Source: Calditrichia bacterium (lineage in GTDB: Bacteria; Calditrichota; Calditrichia; JAJRVZ01). Taken from it: a DNA stretch of 64,000 nucleotides. Shown here piece by piece: positions 63,958 through 64,000 of the stretch. A program made the position numbers and the translations under genes. Location: assembly GCA_963796965.1 (NCBI GenBank), contig CAWCNS010000004.1:704001-768000 (forward strand). The letters are read 5' to 3'. The notes under the pieces are model-generated. The model was not told the origin of the DNA, did no database searches, and saw only the letters and a program-made list of their open reading frames with translations. Numbering within the stretch: position 1 is the stretch's first letter; the number at the start of each line of letters is the position of its first letter.

Positions 63958-64000
63958 TTATTTGCCAGTATTCTCATTTAAAGTGACTGTTTATTTGTAT

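Overview
AT-rich bacterial chromosome segment. Several secreted proteins carry 'NYPNPFN' C-terminal sorting domains, which suggests a Calditrichota/FCB-like host (inference). 0-10 kb: GxxExxY, YraN, PLP enzyme, CHASE2 cyclase, UDP-GlcNAc pyrophosphorylase, GGDEF protein, tRNA-Thr(CGT), AraC regulator. 10-32 kb: a Wzx/Wzy exopolysaccharide locus followed by two sigma54-preceded paralogous FN3 genes. 33-37 kb: a toxin-antitoxin island (AbiE, RelE/HigA) bounded by a direct duplication. 38-52 kb: secreted and carbohydrate enzymes. 52-64 kb: a minus-strand cluster of HEAT-DUF1080, Tat Gfo/Idh/MocA, heptaheme cytochrome c, cytochrome b, discoidin protein, GT-C and ApbE. Many genes carry 1-bp frameshifts, probably consensus errors. 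The most striking signal is intergenic. The GxxExxY nuclease gene sits between 40-bp internally repeated inverted arms, and gene-less or single-arm copies of that arm architecture recur across the window. Two filled/empty site pairs and nested hairpin insertions suggest small palindromic elements have moved. There is also an unexplained 23-bp-period array of a TTACGnnCGTAA palindrome. All alignments were done by eye; no database searches were run.
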